NCBI GenBank assembly: GCA_951406725.2
Contig: OX597824.1
Span: forward strand, 83,142,001 to 83,206,000
Direction of reading: 5' to 3'
From: Octopus vulgaris
Taxonomy: Eukaryota
DNA length: 64,000 nt
This document shows positions 1-12,784 of the stretch, one piece after another. A program made the position numbers and the translations under genes. A model generated the notes under the pieces. It worked only from the letters and a program-made list of their open reading frames with translations. It made no database searches and had not been told where the DNA came from. The first letter of the stretch is position 1, and the number at the start of each line of letters is the position of its first letter.

Positions 1-50
1 TGAAAGAAACACAGAGCATCTCAAAATAAATACAGTAATGAAAGGTTTAA
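1..50 (+). mobile_element. Right end of TTAA-type (piggyBac-like) MITE, same family as 47383-47603
   Basis: gaaagaaacacagagcatctcaaaataaatacagtaatgaaaggtttaa is nearly identical to the end of the 47383 element. Confidence 0.65.
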
Positions 51-210
51 GACATTTTTAAGATGCTTCTAAAGACCTCCTTTTTTAAGAAAATTTTCTT
101 AAGACCTCCTTCTTAAAACAGCTTTTTAAGTGAACAAAGTGCATGAAAATATAAGCAAAAATACTGATGAACATCATTTTTGAAGAAAATAAATAAAACC
201 TGATATTTAC

Positions 211-340
211 CAATTGGCAAAAACTTTCTTTCCATGAATTTTGATTCTTTTGTTCTTCAGGTGAGACAAAGTTAAATGTCTTTGAATCAGGGTTCATTAA
301 TGGCTTGTCATACTCAAACACATCTTTGTATAGAACTCGC
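211..340 (-). CDS. FBXO11: FBXO11-like exon following the F-box (130 bp, phase 2-0)
   Basis: Acceptor ttctttaattgcAG|G CGA... completes the Trp codon (TG+G). Encodes RVLYKDVFEYDKPLMNPDSKTFNFVSPEEQKNQNSWKESFCQL, matching FBXO11 KRLYMEVFEYTRPMMHP...PEEY..NPWKESFQQL. Donor TTG|GTAAAT. Confidence 0.93.
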
Positions 341-479
341 CTGCAATTAAAGAAATATTTATTGAAATAACAACATCATTAACTCGTTAAGGTGTCACCT
401 ATCATCAAATGTATTTAAAGAAACCTGGAAGTATTATTTATGTCATAATAGGTACTGAAGTGTTAGTTACGTTGTGACT

Positions 480-927
480 GGCAGCCGTTGCTAGTGGAGC
501 ACTAAGAGTACCATACAAGTGAGATCGTTGCCAGAGCAACAAGCTGGCCTTCGTGCCGATGGTACATTAAACACGCCATTCAAGCATGATCGTTACCGCG
601 TTGCCCTACTAGCACTTGTGCTGGTGGCATGTGAAACATTCGAGCGAGGTCGACACCAGTGCCACTGGATTGGCTCCTGTGCAGGTGGCACATAAAAAGC
701 ACCATTTGGGCATGGCCATTGCCAGTACCACCAAACTGACCCTCATGCAGGTGGTACATAAAAGCACCCACTACACTCTCAGAGTGGTTGGCATTAGGAA
801 GGGCATCCAACTGCAGAAACTCTGCCAGATCATGATTGGAGTCTGGTTCGCCAGACCTCAGTCAAATCATCCAACCCATGCTGGCATGGAAAGCGGACGT
901 TAAATGATGATGATGATGATGATGATG
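480..927 (+). mobile_element. SINE-like family C copy with (ATG)n tail
   Basis: Internal repeats of ggtggcacgtaaaaagcacc, conserved gagtggttggcgttaggaagggcatccagctgtagaaa, end catggaaagcggacgttaaa(tga)n. More than 12 copies in the window. Confidence 0.8.
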
Positions 928-1006
928 CTTGACCCAATGCCTGTCCAAAGCATTTTCATAAGTCTGTCTTAACCATCCATGTTTGCATTCAGGCATTTAG
1001 TTAGAC

Positions 1007-1148
1007 CAGTGGTTCTCAACCGGGGTCCATATAAGATTTTTGGAGGTCCACGCAACAAAACAGTAAACTGGATATCCAGAATAGTATTTTAAGGGCCCCT
1101 GAAAAAATTTTGCTTTAAATGTATGTATTGGTATGTATTGCAAGAATA
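1007..1148 (+). mobile_element. hAT-like DNA transposon left-end fragment
   Basis: Starts CAGTGGTTCTCAAC, a typical hAT/Charlie terminus. No partner end found. Confidence 0.45.
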
Positions 1149-1378
1149 AGGTGGAGCTGGCAGAAACGTTAGTACGCCGGGCGAAATGTGTAGCCGTATT
1201 TCATCTGCCGTTACGTTCTGAGTTCAAATTCCGCCGAGGTCGACTTTGCCTTTCATCCTTTCGGGGTCGATAAATTAAGTACCAGTTATGCACTAGGGTC
1301 GATGTAATCGACTTAATCCGTTCGTCTGTCCTTGTTTGCCCTCTCTGTGTCTAGCCCCTTGTGGGTAGTAAAGAAATA
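1149..1378 (+). mobile_element. SINE family D copy (~230 bp)
   Basis: Head gagctggcagaaacgttag with B-box-like gagttcaaattcc, core gactttgcctttcatcctttcggggtcgataaattaagtaccag, end ccccttgtgggtagtaaagaaata. Confidence 0.85.
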
Positions 1379-1402
1379 TGTGTATATATATATATATATA
1401 TA

Positions 1403-1597
1403 GTTAATCCAAACAAGAAAGCACAAAAAAACACAACAATGCGAGGACGTGGAACAAATATAGTATTATTGGACGCTCAGGAAAGAAGGAGGGTTTAACG
1501 TTTCGAGCGGAGCTCTTTGTCGGAAACATAGGAGAAGGAAAGATCCAGAGAAGGGAAGACAGAGGAAAAAAAATCGCCAACGGTACACACGCGGTCA
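1403..1597 (-). mobile_element. Penelope-like terminal fragment with degenerate minimal hammerhead (1493-1527)
   Basis: Abuts (TA)n. Minus strand reads gttt-CCGACAA-agagc-tcc-gctc-GAAACGTTA-aac, a hammerhead layout with mutated CUGANGA. Confidence 0.55.
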
Positions 1598-2495
1598 CAG
1601 GACAGGCTTCTTTCAGTTTTCTTCTACCAAATCCACTCACAAGGCTTCAGTCAGCCAGAGTCCGAAGCAGAAAACACTTGCCCAAGGTGCCACACAGTGG
1701 GACTGAACACAGAACCGTATGGTTGGGAAGCAAATTTCTTACCACACAGCCATGCCTGTGCTGCCTATACTGTAGTTTTGTTCTATAAAAAAACTTTTAT
1801 TGCACCAATTTAACAGAACAATAAAACAAATTACGTTTTACCGACCAATCCCCAGCCACACACAAAAAAAATTATTTTTGATTACTAAGAAAATTAACTG
1901 GAACACACTGTCAAAGAACTGTGATTATGGAATGGTTAAATGATTCCGTTGGTAACAAGAGACTGAAATTATATAAAAGCTATTAACAAAGACTCTGGCA
2001 TCAGGTGATTTATAAATTTATTATATTTTATAGGTAATTAGCATGTATGAAATATAAAATTCTGCTAAAAACTCAAAAATAAGAAAACAAACAATTAAAA
2101 CGCATGGTGGCAACAAACCCCGACAGCATTTCACCTGTGACAGCCCCTGGGTCTTTCATATAAAAACCACCCTTATCAAAGTATTCAAAGCTTAAATTAA
2201 AACTTACCCCTCCCTTCTTTGTGATTTTACGCAAGAATCTTTTCTGTTGTGTTCCAAATAACAGCTTAATATACCAATTAATTAATAAAGTTTAATTATT
2301 ATATCGAAACCCATCCCCCTACCCTGCATCAATTTCTTCATTATTTTCAAAATTAATCGAAATAATGGCAGTGTTTATCGTCTTTTTTTTTTTTTTCTTT
2401 TTTCCTAGAAACTCATTCAGAGAAGGTTTCAAGGTGTTTCAGGTTTAAATTTTTACTTTCTTGAGTTGCTATGTTCCAAACAAACTACACTCTTC

Positions 2496-2902
2496 TACTC
2501 TTTTACTCTTTTACTTGTTTCAATCATTTGACTCTGGCCATGCTGGAGCACCGCCTTTAGTCAAACAAACTGACCTCAGGACTTATTCTTTGTAAGCCTA
2601 GTACTTATTCTAACCGTCTCTTTTGCCGAACCGCTAAGTTACAGGGACGTAAACACACCAGCATCGGTTGTCAAGTGATGTTGAGTTGGGGACAAACACA
2701 GAAGCACAAACATATATACACGCATATATACATATATACGACGGGCTTCTTTCAGTTTCCATCTACCAAATCCACTCACAAGGCTTTGGTCGACCCAAGG
2801 TTATAGTAGAAGACACTTGCCTAAGGTGCCACACAGTGGGACTGAACCCGGAACCATGTGGTTAGTAAACAAGCTACTTGCCACACAGCCACTCCTACGC
2901 CT
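2496..2902 (-). mobile_element. SINE family A full-length copy (~410 bp, internal TA/TG microsatellite, (GTAAAAGA)n tail)
   Basis: tRNA-like head ggagtggctgtgtggtaag...ggttccgggttcagtccca, CORE-like accttgggcaagtg. More than 25 copies in the window. Confidence 0.88.
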
Positions 2903-3315
2903 ACACCATAACAGAAAAAAACAAAAAATGTAATCTTGCTAAATCTCTGCTAGCTAATATTTTGCTATTTTAAAAAGTAATTAAAACACACGAACAATAT
3001 ATTTCATTAATAATATGAATACAAATATATGAAATGGAAATCTTCCATTTCACAACCAAAATATTTCCATATTTAAAACTAGCTGAGTTACAGAAAATGC
3101 TTAGGTATTAAGACAGTTATACATCATCATCATCATTATCATCATTTAATGTCCATTTTTAATGCTGGCATGGGTTAGACATTTGACAGGAGCTGGCCAG
3201 CTAAGGAACCGTTCATGATCCATGTCTTTTTTGGAATGGTTGTCCTTACCAACTGGATGTCTTTACTAGCGCCAACCACTTTACAGAGTGTACTGGGTTG
3301 TTGCTGTTTGTTCCT

Positions 3316-3607
3316 TCTCGAGCCATGCCTGGCTCATAGGGCCAGTTTTCCGGTTTCTTCGGCATATAGGTTCCCCACCTGGACGGGATGCCAGTCCGTC
3401 GCAGGTGAGCTGCAAGATGCAGGAGGAAAGAGTAAGAGAAAGTTGTGGCGAAAGAGTCAGCAGAAGTTTCACCATTAACTTCTGCCGGATCCGCGTGGAG
3501 CTTAGGTGTTTCGCTCATAAACACACAGATCACCCGGTCTGAGATTCGAACCCACGATCCCTCGACCGCGAGTCCGCTGCTCTAACCACTAGGCCATGTG
3601 CCTCCAC
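3316..3607 (-). mobile_element. tRNA-derived SINE, family-B-type head with different body, nested in a family C copy
   Basis: Reverse complement begins gtggaggcacatggcctagtggttagagcagcggactcgcggtcgagggatcgtgggttcgaatctcagacc (A and B boxes). cagagtgtactggg is repeated on both sides. Confidence 0.75.
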
Positions 3608-4007
3608 ACAGAGTGTACTGGGTACTAAATTAGGCAACACTGGTACAGGTGGTGCTTTTATGTGACACTAGCACAAGTGCTTTTTACATGGCACCTGCAC
3701 ACACGAGGCCACCACAAGATTAGGATCACTCAGCTGAAGTAGGGAGCAAGGGATATATACTTAAATATACATAAGATATATATTGCATCAAAGTAACACA
3801 ACCCATTAATGTGCAGAAGTTTATATATATATATATACAAAGTGTGGCTATGTTGCAAGAAGCTTGCTTCCCTACCACATGGTTCCAGGTTCAGTCCCAG
3901 TGCATAGCACTTTGGACAAGTGTCTTCTACTATAGCCTCAGGCTGACCAAAACCTTGTGAGAGGGTTTGGTAGACGTTAACTGAAATAAAAGTCATTGTA
4001 TATATAC

Positions 4008-4038
<31 letters not shown>

Positions 4039-4224
4039 GGGAGAGTTTACGAAAAAAACAACAAAAGACGAAGACAGGTGGTGTACAAAACAAACAGATG
4101 TATTAGTATAACACTCAGGAACAGAAAAAGTCTTTTACGTTTCAAGCCTACGCTCTTCTACAGAAAGGGACACAGAAAAAACAAGGAGAGAAAAAAATGA
4201 GTGTAGAAGCTAACGATCTATCAT
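4039..4224 (-). mobile_element. Penelope-like terminal fragment in (TA)n with degenerate hammerhead (4129-4170)
   Basis: Minus strand cttt-CTGTAGA-agagc-gtag-gctt-GAAACGTA-aaag. Related copies near 8260-8440 (+) and 36165-36360 (-). Confidence 0.55.
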
Positions 4225-4616
4225 GATATATATATATGTATACATGCAGCCCACTCTGCTCAGTCGTTGGTGTTAGGAAGGCCATCCAGCTGTAAAAATC
4301 CTACCAAAACAGTTACAGAAGTTTGGTGCAGGCTTCAGCCTGGCTGGCTCTTGTGGTACTGTCCCACCCATGCTAGCATGGAAGATGGACAATAAATGAT
4401 GATGACAATGATGTGTGTGTCTTTGTTTGTCCCCTCCATCACCACAGCTGGTGTTGGTGTGTTTACGTCCCCATAACTTCGTGGTTCAGCAAAAGAGACC
4501 AGTAGAATAAGTACTAGACTTACAAAGAATAAGTCCTGGGGTTGATCAGTGCTCCAGCATGGCTGCAGTCAAATTACAAACAAGTAAAGGAATAAAATAA
4601 TATATATACACACACG

Positions 4617-4928
4617 TGGAGGCGCAATGGCCCAATGGTTAGGGCAGTGGACTCGCGGTCATAGGATTGCGGTTTCAATTCCCAGACCGGGCGTTGTGAG
4701 TGTTTATTGAGAGAAAACACTTAAAAGCTCCACGAGGCTCCAGCAGGGGCTGGTGGCGATCCCGGCTGTACTCTTTTGCCACAGCTTTCTCTCACTATTT
4801 CTTCTGTTGGCCTGCTCGCTAAGCCAGCGGGGTGGCGTCATTTGAAGGCTAAAATAATGCAAAGCGTATTGTGACCAGCGATGTGTAGCAACATCTGATA
4901 GCCTGGTCAGTCACAATGATCACGGTGG
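4617..4928 (+). mobile_element. tRNA-derived SINE, family B head with variant 3' body
   Basis: tggaggcgcaatggcccaatggttagggcagtggactcgcggtcataggattgcggtttcaattcccagaccgggcg head; diverges from family B after ~190 bp. Confidence 0.75.
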
Positions 4929-5138
4929 TATACACACACACACATATACACATGCACACGTTGATTCATATACCTACGTAGGTAAAGGAAATTAATATAG
5001 TAAAACAGTTTAGGATATTACAATCAGTACTGCTGAACAATCATCTATATAATCCTTTCTATACAAGTTCACTAATTAATAGATAAAAAAAATATCCTAT
5101 CGTGAGCTTTCATGAATTCAAGTTACATTTATATATAC

Positions 5139-5330
5139 ACTTCTGTGACCTCATCAGTGGTCCTTTGCTTTCTTCTTTCTGTTTTTTGTGTCTCTCTTTA
5201 CTAACGATCTGCCACACAAAATGGCTGATCATTAGTAAGGAGAGACACAAAAAGGAAAGAAGAAAGCAAAGGACCACTGATGAGGTCACAGAAGTATGAT
5301 GAAAGAACTCTGGCCGAAATGCAATTAACA
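5139..5330 (+). mobile_element. Fold-back palindrome (5139-5295) containing a hammerhead-like core; probable Penelope-like terminus
   Basis: ~75-bp inverted arms with a ~7-nt loop. CTGATGA at 5277-5283, stem ggtcacag/ctctggcc, GAAA at 5316-5319. Confidence 0.6.
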
Positions 5331-5611
5331 TGAAATAAAGCTGAAGCAAGTGAACACCAAATATATAATGCATGTATTTTCATTGGCTAAACTGGCAACA
5401 TAACCATCCCGAAATACAACAATATATGCATATATATACATACAGGTACAGGAGTGGCTGTGTGGTAAGAAGCTTCCTTCCCAACCACACAGTGCCGGTT
5501 TCAATCCCACTGCATGCCACCTTGGGCAAGTGTCTTCTACTATAGCTTGTGGATTTAAGAAACAGAAACTGAAAGAAGCCCATCATATATATATATATAT
5601 ATATATATAAA

Positions 5612-7359
5612 TATGAAAAGAAAAAAATGCCAGGCCATGAGCCTATGAAAGATAGGCTAACTCTTGCACTTTGTGCCAATGTGAGTGGAGACTTGAAGAT
5701 TAAGCCGCTCCATGTGTACCATTCCAAAAACCCACAAGCATTCAAGTCACACAAAATCCTAAAGGAGAAAGCTGCAGGCCATATGGAGAGCAATTGTTAA
5801 AGCCTGGGTTACTAGGCAATTCTCCTCCGAGTGGGTCGAACTTGTCTTCAGACCAGCAATGTAAAAGTACCTTCAGGAGAACAATCTTCCTCTCAAGACC
5901 CTCCTCATTCTCAACAATGCTCCTGCTCACCCTCCAAACCTCGAAGGCGATATCCTGGACAAATTAAAACTTATAAAAGTTCTGTACCTTTTACGCAACA
6001 CCACCCCTATCTTGCAGCCCATGGACCAACAGGTGATTTCTAGTTTTAAGAAATTGTGCATCAAACACCTGTTTTGTTGGTGCTTTGAAGTCACCGAAAA
6101 TACAAATCTAACCCTTTGTGAGTTTTGGAAGGAGCACTACAACACTGTAAACTGCCTGAGATCATCGATATAGCCTGGCAGGGTATAATGAGGAGAAAAT
6201 TAAATTTTGCACAGAGGAAACTGTGACCTGACTGCATATCTGAAAGAGACTTTGAAAGGTTTGAATCTGAGACACCTGTAGTTGAGGAGATAGTGTCTCT
6301 TGGCAAGTCCATGGACCACAAGGTTGATGAAGGGGACATTAATGATCTTGTCAAGGAATACCCTGAGGAGCTGATGACAGATGAACTCCTGCAGCTTCAA
6401 GAGCAGCAGCAGCAGCAGCATTTGGATGTGGTGGAAGAGATTGGTTCCCTGGAGGAGAACAGTGTAGTGGAGAATGCCATCACCACAAGTGACATAAAGG
6501 CAGTATTGGTGAAGTGGCAGTATGTTTCTGAATTTGTAGAATAATATCATCCTGAAAAACTAGCTACAGGTCATGCAGTTGCTTTATTTAATAACACTGC
6601 TCTGGCACATTTTCGTAACACTTTGAAAAGCAGGAAAAGGAAGACTTCTCTTGCTACGTCTCTAATGAAAATGACTTGCAAGTGTAAAAAGTGAAGAAAA
6701 TGTGTCCAAAATGCCTAAATGAAGTGGGAGAGAAAACACTAGAAATTGTTCTTCCTGAAGTTTTAATGGAAGGAGATTCTCCATCCAAACAGTAATCCTC
6801 ATCTTCCCCACTCTATCATCTTCCTTGCACACAAATTGTCCCATCTTTAAGGTAATTCAGTTAATAAAACCGGTTTACATATTTCATTTGCATTCTCTTT
6901 TTTATAATTGTCATTCTACTTGTAACCACACCTTTTCTGTTTTAAAACCCATAAAAAATTATTTTGGGATGGTTTTGGGAGGGGTTCTGAAATGGATTAA
7001 TTATATTTTAGTTAATTTCATTAGGGAAAATTGATTTGTAAAACGAACTCGGTTATGGAATGAATTAAACTCATACTGCAAGGTATTATCATCATCATCA
7101 TCATCGTTTAACGTCTGCTTTCCATGCTAGCATGGGTTGGACGGTTCGACTGGGGTCTGGGAAGCCAGCAGGCTGCACCAGACCCAATCTGATCTGGCAG
7201 TGTTTCTACAGCTGGATGCCCTTCCTAATGCCAACCACTCCATGAGTGTAGTGGGTGCTTTTTACGTGCCACCGGTACAGGTGCCAGGTGAGGCTGGCAA
7301 TGGCCACGATCGGCTAGTGCTTTTTACGTGCCACTAGCACGGAGGCCAGTATCACTGTA
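5612..7359 (+). mobile_element. Tigger/pogo (TIGD1-like DDE) DNA transposon remnant, transposase pseudogene
   Basis: Frameshifted translation gives MPGHEPMKDRLTLALCANVSGDLKIKPLHVYHSKNPQAFK...KAWVTRQ...LLILNNAPAHP...NTTPILQPMDQQVISSFKK...EFWKEHYN, with stops and frameshifts. The 3' terminus (..aaggtat/..cactgTA) is split by a family C insertion at 7086-7349. Confidence 0.9.
7086..7349 (-). mobile_element. SINE-like family C copy inserted in Tigger right end
   Basis: (atc)n followed by gtttaacgtctgctttccatgctagcatgggttggacgg. Confidence 0.8.
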
Positions 7360-7559
7360 AGTATATATTAAAGAAGGCAAGTAGACTTCTGATTTTGCTC
7401 TCCTCCCCTCCTTGAATGAATCTAAAGTAATTGGTTAATGAAGGAAATGACAAACTTATTGATCTACAACTACCAGCACCTAGCCAAATGGCAATTCTTG
7501 ATGATACACAGAGTTCTCCAAGAAGTTTTTAGAAGTGGTATAACGTTTCCACTTACAAT

Positions 7560-10130
7560 ATTACCAAACAAGCATCTAAAAGAAGGAAAGCTCCCATTAG
7601 ACAGGAGAACTGCAATTTATAAGACTTACAAGAAAGGGGAGAGAAAATGACTAGTAATTAAAGTCCAATATCATTAACGTTACAAAGTAGCCAAGATACT
7701 TGAATCTATTATAAGAGAAAAGATGATAGATTTTATTATCAAGAATAACAACCTGACAGATCGTCGACAGGGATTTGCATTGTCTGGTAAGCTATGGCTG
7801 ATAAATTTATTTGAAACTTTGGCAGACTGGACACAAATGTACAATGATAGTAAAAGATTCAATGCAGTTTATATTTAAATCTCAGTAAAGTCAGTGATAA
7901 TGGTGCCATTACATTACTGTAATGTAAAGAAATGTTATGATATGGATTGAAGCTTCCTTAAATAAACAGAAATTGGTGAATAACAGTTAATGGGACGAAA
8001 TGAAATTGGCAGTCTGTAAGTAATGGGGTGCCTCAGGGATAAACTTTAGGACCCATAATTTATGTAAATATATAATATATATTATTTCTTTATTGCCTAC
8101 AAGGGGGGCTAAACATAGAGGGGACAAACAAGGACAGACAAAGGGATTAAGTCGATTACATCGACCCTAGTATGTAATTTATTGACCCCGAAAGGATGAA
8201 AGGCAAAGTCATGACATGAGCAACTGTTAATCCTGACACGTTTTTTTTATTTATCCCTTCTCTTTTTTTTTTTTTTTTGCTTTCTCCATCTGTTTTCTTA
8301 CCTCATTTCTTTCTTTAGAGGAGCATAGGCTCAAAACATCAAAGACACCTCTATTTTTCCTGAGTGTCAAACTAACACACCTTGTTTGTTGCTCCCACAC
8401 CTCTCTCTGTCTTTTGCACTTTGTACAATTTCGAACTATATGTATGTGGGCATGTGTGCATGCATGCGTACATATGTATATATGTATATATATACTAGAG
8501 ACAGGACTGACCATGTGGTAAAGAAGTTCACTTCCCCACCACATGGTTCTGAGTTAGTCTCATTGTGGCACTTTGGGCATCAGTCTTCTACAAAATTGTT
8601 GTGAGTGGATCTGGTAGACGTTAACTGAAAGAAGCCCATCATGTGTGTGTGTGTGTGTGTATGTACGCATGTGTGTGCATATATGCATGTATGTGTATGT
8701 ATGTACATGTGTGTTTGTACTATGTATATATGTGTGTGTATGTATGTGTGTTTGTGTGTATATATGTATGTACATGCGTCACTGCTTCTTTGTCTTGATT
8801 TTGCTTGAGAGTTGAAGACAAGGGCTATTATCAATCATGCAAGTGGTGTCCTTTGTTTCCAGTCTTTTATGAAAAGAAATGAGGGTTGGCAGCAGGATTT
8901 TTCTGGATGAAGACACCATAATACAGAGGTAGATTTGAATAGATTGTGCTTGAAGGAATGAATGCTGTTTTTTCAATGCTGAAAATGTGAGGTTGCACAC
9001 TATGGAAACGGTAACTTATGGTTTTAGTCAACTCTTTACTCTTTTCTCTTTTTACTCTTTTACTTGTTTCAGTCATTTGACTGCGGCCATGCTGGAGCAC
9101 CGCCTTTAGTCGAGCAACTCGACCCCGGGACTTATTCTTTGTAAGCCCAGTACTTATTCTATCGGTCTCTTTTGCCGAAACGCTAAGTGACGGGGACGTA
9201 AACACACCAGCATCGGTTGTCAAGCAATGCTAGGGGGACAAACACAGACACACAAACATATACACACACACTTATATATATATACATATATACGACAGGC
9301 TTCTTTCAGTTTCCGTCTACCAAATCCACTCACAAGACATTGGTCGGCCCGGGGCTATAGCAGAAGACACTTGCCCAAGATGCCATGCAGTGGGACTGAA
9401 CCCGGAACCATGTGGTTGGTTAGCAAGCTGCTTACCACACAGCCACTCCTGCGCCTATACTATGAACAAAAAAAAAAAAATATTGGCAACAACAAATCAG
9501 GAGAAAGATTTGAGGATAAGCATTAATTCAAGTTTTAAAATAGTTGCTGATGCCATAGGACTAACAACAATAAAAACCAAAATCTTAAGAATAATAAAAC
9601 ATTCCTTGATGTACCTAAATGCAGAAAAATTTAAGATTCTATGTATAAGGATATGTGTTAACCCATTTAAGAGTTTGTGGTACCGGTTTGGTCATCTTAC
9701 GTCCAAAAATACAAAGAAGCTATTGAAAGGGTCCAGAGAAGAGCAACAAAAACACCACTAAGAATTTTTTGAAATCTGTCTTATGAAGAAACAAGTAAAA
9801 AACCCAGGAATTACAGAGATGAATTAGAGAGGGAAGACAAAGAGGGGACATAATGGAAGTTTTAAAAATGATAAAAGGACTTGGAAATATAAATGCTAGT
9901 ATACTTTTCTATAAAAATGAAAATGAAAGTAGAGGTTACAATTTACACTTTATAAGAAACAAATGCTCAAAAGGCATCAGAAAATTTCTGGGGGTTTTTT
10001 TTTTCACCCTCAATGAGTCACTAGTAAATGGAGTAGATTCCCAGGTCATGTAGTAAACATCACAACAGTTAATGACTTTGAAGATGCAAGACGAATGAAT
10101 AATTCAAGATGTATTTGATGAGGACTAAAG
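7560..10130 (+). mobile_element. Decayed CR1-clade LINE (RT and C-terminus), split by SINE insertions
   Basis: Fragments translate to PISLT..KILESIIREKMIDF, GVPQG*TLGP, FNAE.CEV.HYG, EKDLRI..LRIIKHSLMYL, LSYEE, RGDIMEVLKMIKGL..RGY..IRKF. Confidence 0.8.
9032..9456 (-). mobile_element. SINE family A copy (young subfamily)
   Basis: Full length, with diagnostic ctaacc/gcatct/tctgcta/ccaatg/cctgtcg variants. Confidence 0.88.
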
Positions 10131-10177
10131 GCAAGCAGAAAGCTTAAAGTGTACAGTGAATCACACAAAACTTCAAC

Positions 10178-10570
10178 TGGAGTGGCTGTGTGGTAAGTAG
10201 CTTGCTAACCAACCACATGGTTCCGGGTTCAGTCCCACTGCGTGGCATCTTGGGCAAGTGTCTTCTGCTATAGCCTCGGGCCGACCAATGCCTTGTGAGT
10301 GGATTTGGTAGACGGAAACTGAAAGAAGCCTGTCGTATATATGTATATGTATATATATGTATGTGTGTGTTTGTCCCCCTAGCATTGCTTCACAACTGAT
10401 GCTGGTGTGTTTACGTCCCCGTCACTTAGCGGTTCGGCAAAAGAGACCGATAGAATAAGTACTGGGCTTACAAAGAATAAGTCTCGGGGTCGATTTGCTC
10501 GACTAAAGGCGGTGCTCCAGCATGGCCGCAGTCGGATGACTGAAACGGGTGAAAGAGAAAGAGTAAAGAG
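10178..10570 (+). mobile_element. SINE family A copy (young subfamily)
   Basis: Full length; inverted relative to 9032-9456. Confidence 0.88.
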
Positions 10571-12180
10571 GGTATCCTTTATACATCTGACAATACATAA
10601 TCCTCATCAACATCGGTTTAATGTCCACTTTTGCCAGCCTAGTATGGGTCAGACAGAGCTTACTGGGGCAGATTTTCTGTGGCCATTAACCTTTCTTGTT
10701 ACTAACTTTTACCCACTCCCAAGCAAGGTAATATTTCCCCCAAGGTCAGGCAGAATATTGGAAATTAATGAAATTTATTTACAAAAATCATGTAACATCA
10801 AGACAGAGAGACAGACAGACACAGAGCTACTGAGCCAGAAACACATACCACACAGTATTTGATATTTTTTCTTTTAGTTTTTTTGACTTGTTTCAGTCAG
10901 TTGACTGCAGCCATGCTGGAGCACTGCCTTAAAGGGTTTTTAGTTGAAGAAATCAACCCCAGGGCATATTCTTTGTAAGCCTGGTATTTATTCTATCGGT
11001 CTCCTTTGCTAAACCACAAAGTTACAGGGATGGGAACACACCAGCATCAGTTGTCACACAATGAGATGGGGGTGGGAGACAAATACAGACACACACACAT
11101 AAATGTATATATCCCCTGGCTCCAGTGCAGGTGGCACGTAAAAAAGCACCCACCACACTCACGGAGTGGTTGGCGTTAGGAAGGGCATCCAGCTGTAGAA
11201 ACATTGCCAGATAAGACCGGAGCCTGGGGCAGCCTTCTGGCTTCCCAGATCCCCGGTCGAACCGTCCAATCCATGCTAGCATGGAGAACGGATGATGATG
11301 ATGATGATGATGATATATATATATATATATATACATACACACATATGCATACATTATATATATATATACACATACACAACAGTTTTCTGCCAGTTTCTGA
11401 AGTAGGATTGCCTTGAAGTAGGATTGAACCTGAACGATATGGTGGAGAAGCAAACTTCTTAAAAACACAGCCACACCTTCACCTACAATACAAGGATATT
11501 GTTACTGGGCAATGAATCTCTATGATCTCCCAGAGTCAGTAAGCAGGTTCTGTAACGATTAAGTTGTACTTCTATCAGTCATTAACAATATAATAATTAA
11601 TTACTGCAGTTGATTTTTCCATGTTCTGCAAACGGTCCTAATTTTCAACATCCACTATCCTACTAATTAGAAATGTTTTTCTTTTTAAATAATTCCAATT
11701 GTCAGAAGGACTGAGTGAAGAAACACATCTGTCCATACAGAAAACTTTTCTATATGAATATTCAATGGACACAATGCATCATTCAATGTAATTTGGATAA
11801 TTCGAAATAATTGCTATGATATTATGCAATCTTGATATGTAAGTGTATGTTTGTAGCTGTGTCAGAGTATTGGCCATGCTGGATCACCACCTGAAAGAGT
11901 GTTAGTCAAACAGATTGTCTCAGCACTTACGTTTTTAAGTTTTGTAGTTATTCTATTGGTTTCTTCTGCTGATCTGTTAAGCTACAGGGACATAAACAAA
12001 CCAACATCAGTTGTCAAACAGTGGGACACACACACACACACACATGTATGACAGGCTTTCATACACTTTTATATACCAAATTCACTCACAAGGTCCCGGG
12101 TCTATAGTAGAAGACACTTGCGCAGGGTGCTGCATAGTGGGACCAAACCTGAAACCACATGGTTGCAAAGTAACTTTCTT

Positions 12181-12592
12181 ATTTCTTTATTGCCCACAAG
12201 GGGCTAAACATAGAGTGGACAAACAAGGACAGACAAACAGATTAAGTCAATTACATCGACCCCAGTGCAAAACTGGTATTAAATTTATCAACTCCGAAAA
12301 GATGAAAGGCAAAGTCGACCTCAGCGGAATTTGAATTCAGAACGTAACGACAGACGAAATACCTACTTTTTTTATTGCCCACAAGGGGCTAAACATAGAG
12401 GGGACAAACAAGGACAGACAAACGGATGAAGTCAATTACATCGACCCCAGTGCGAAACTGGTATCTAATTTATCGACACCGAAAGGATGAAAGGTGAAGT
12501 CAACCTCGGCTGAATTTGAACTCAGAACGTAATGGCAGACAAAATACCGCTAAACATTTCGCCCGGCGTGCTAACATTTCTGCCAGCTCGCC
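12181..12592 (-). mobile_element. Dimeric SINE family D insertion with 16-bp TSD, nested in a family A copy
   Basis: TSD gcaaagtaactttctt at 12165-12180 and 12593-12608; internal junction at 12363/12364. Confidence 0.88.
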
Positions 12593-12784
12593 GCAAAGTA
12601 ACTTTCTTGACCACACAACCATGCCTGCACATATGGGAGACAATAGTGGCACAATGCAACAACCGTAGGGCTCAATCTGACATAACCTCAAAATTCCTGA
12701 TTGGAGGGTTTGACATTCCCTCAAGAAGGCAATTATCAATGGGTAAATGAAAGGAAAAACTGAAAAAAAAAAAAATCATTCAGG

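Noticed and set aside
2668-2865. Recurrent peptide [42 protein letters not shown] suggesting a multigene family
   Set aside because: It is the antisense translation of SINE family A; the same applies to LQLDALPNANHS (family C) and MVVIPAVLFHHNF (family B).
5612-6720. Domesticated TIGD-like gene nested antisense in the intron
   Set aside because: Multiple stops and frameshifts, loss of the N-terminal HTH region, and a catalytic-motif Asp replaced (LILNNAPAH); a dead transposon.
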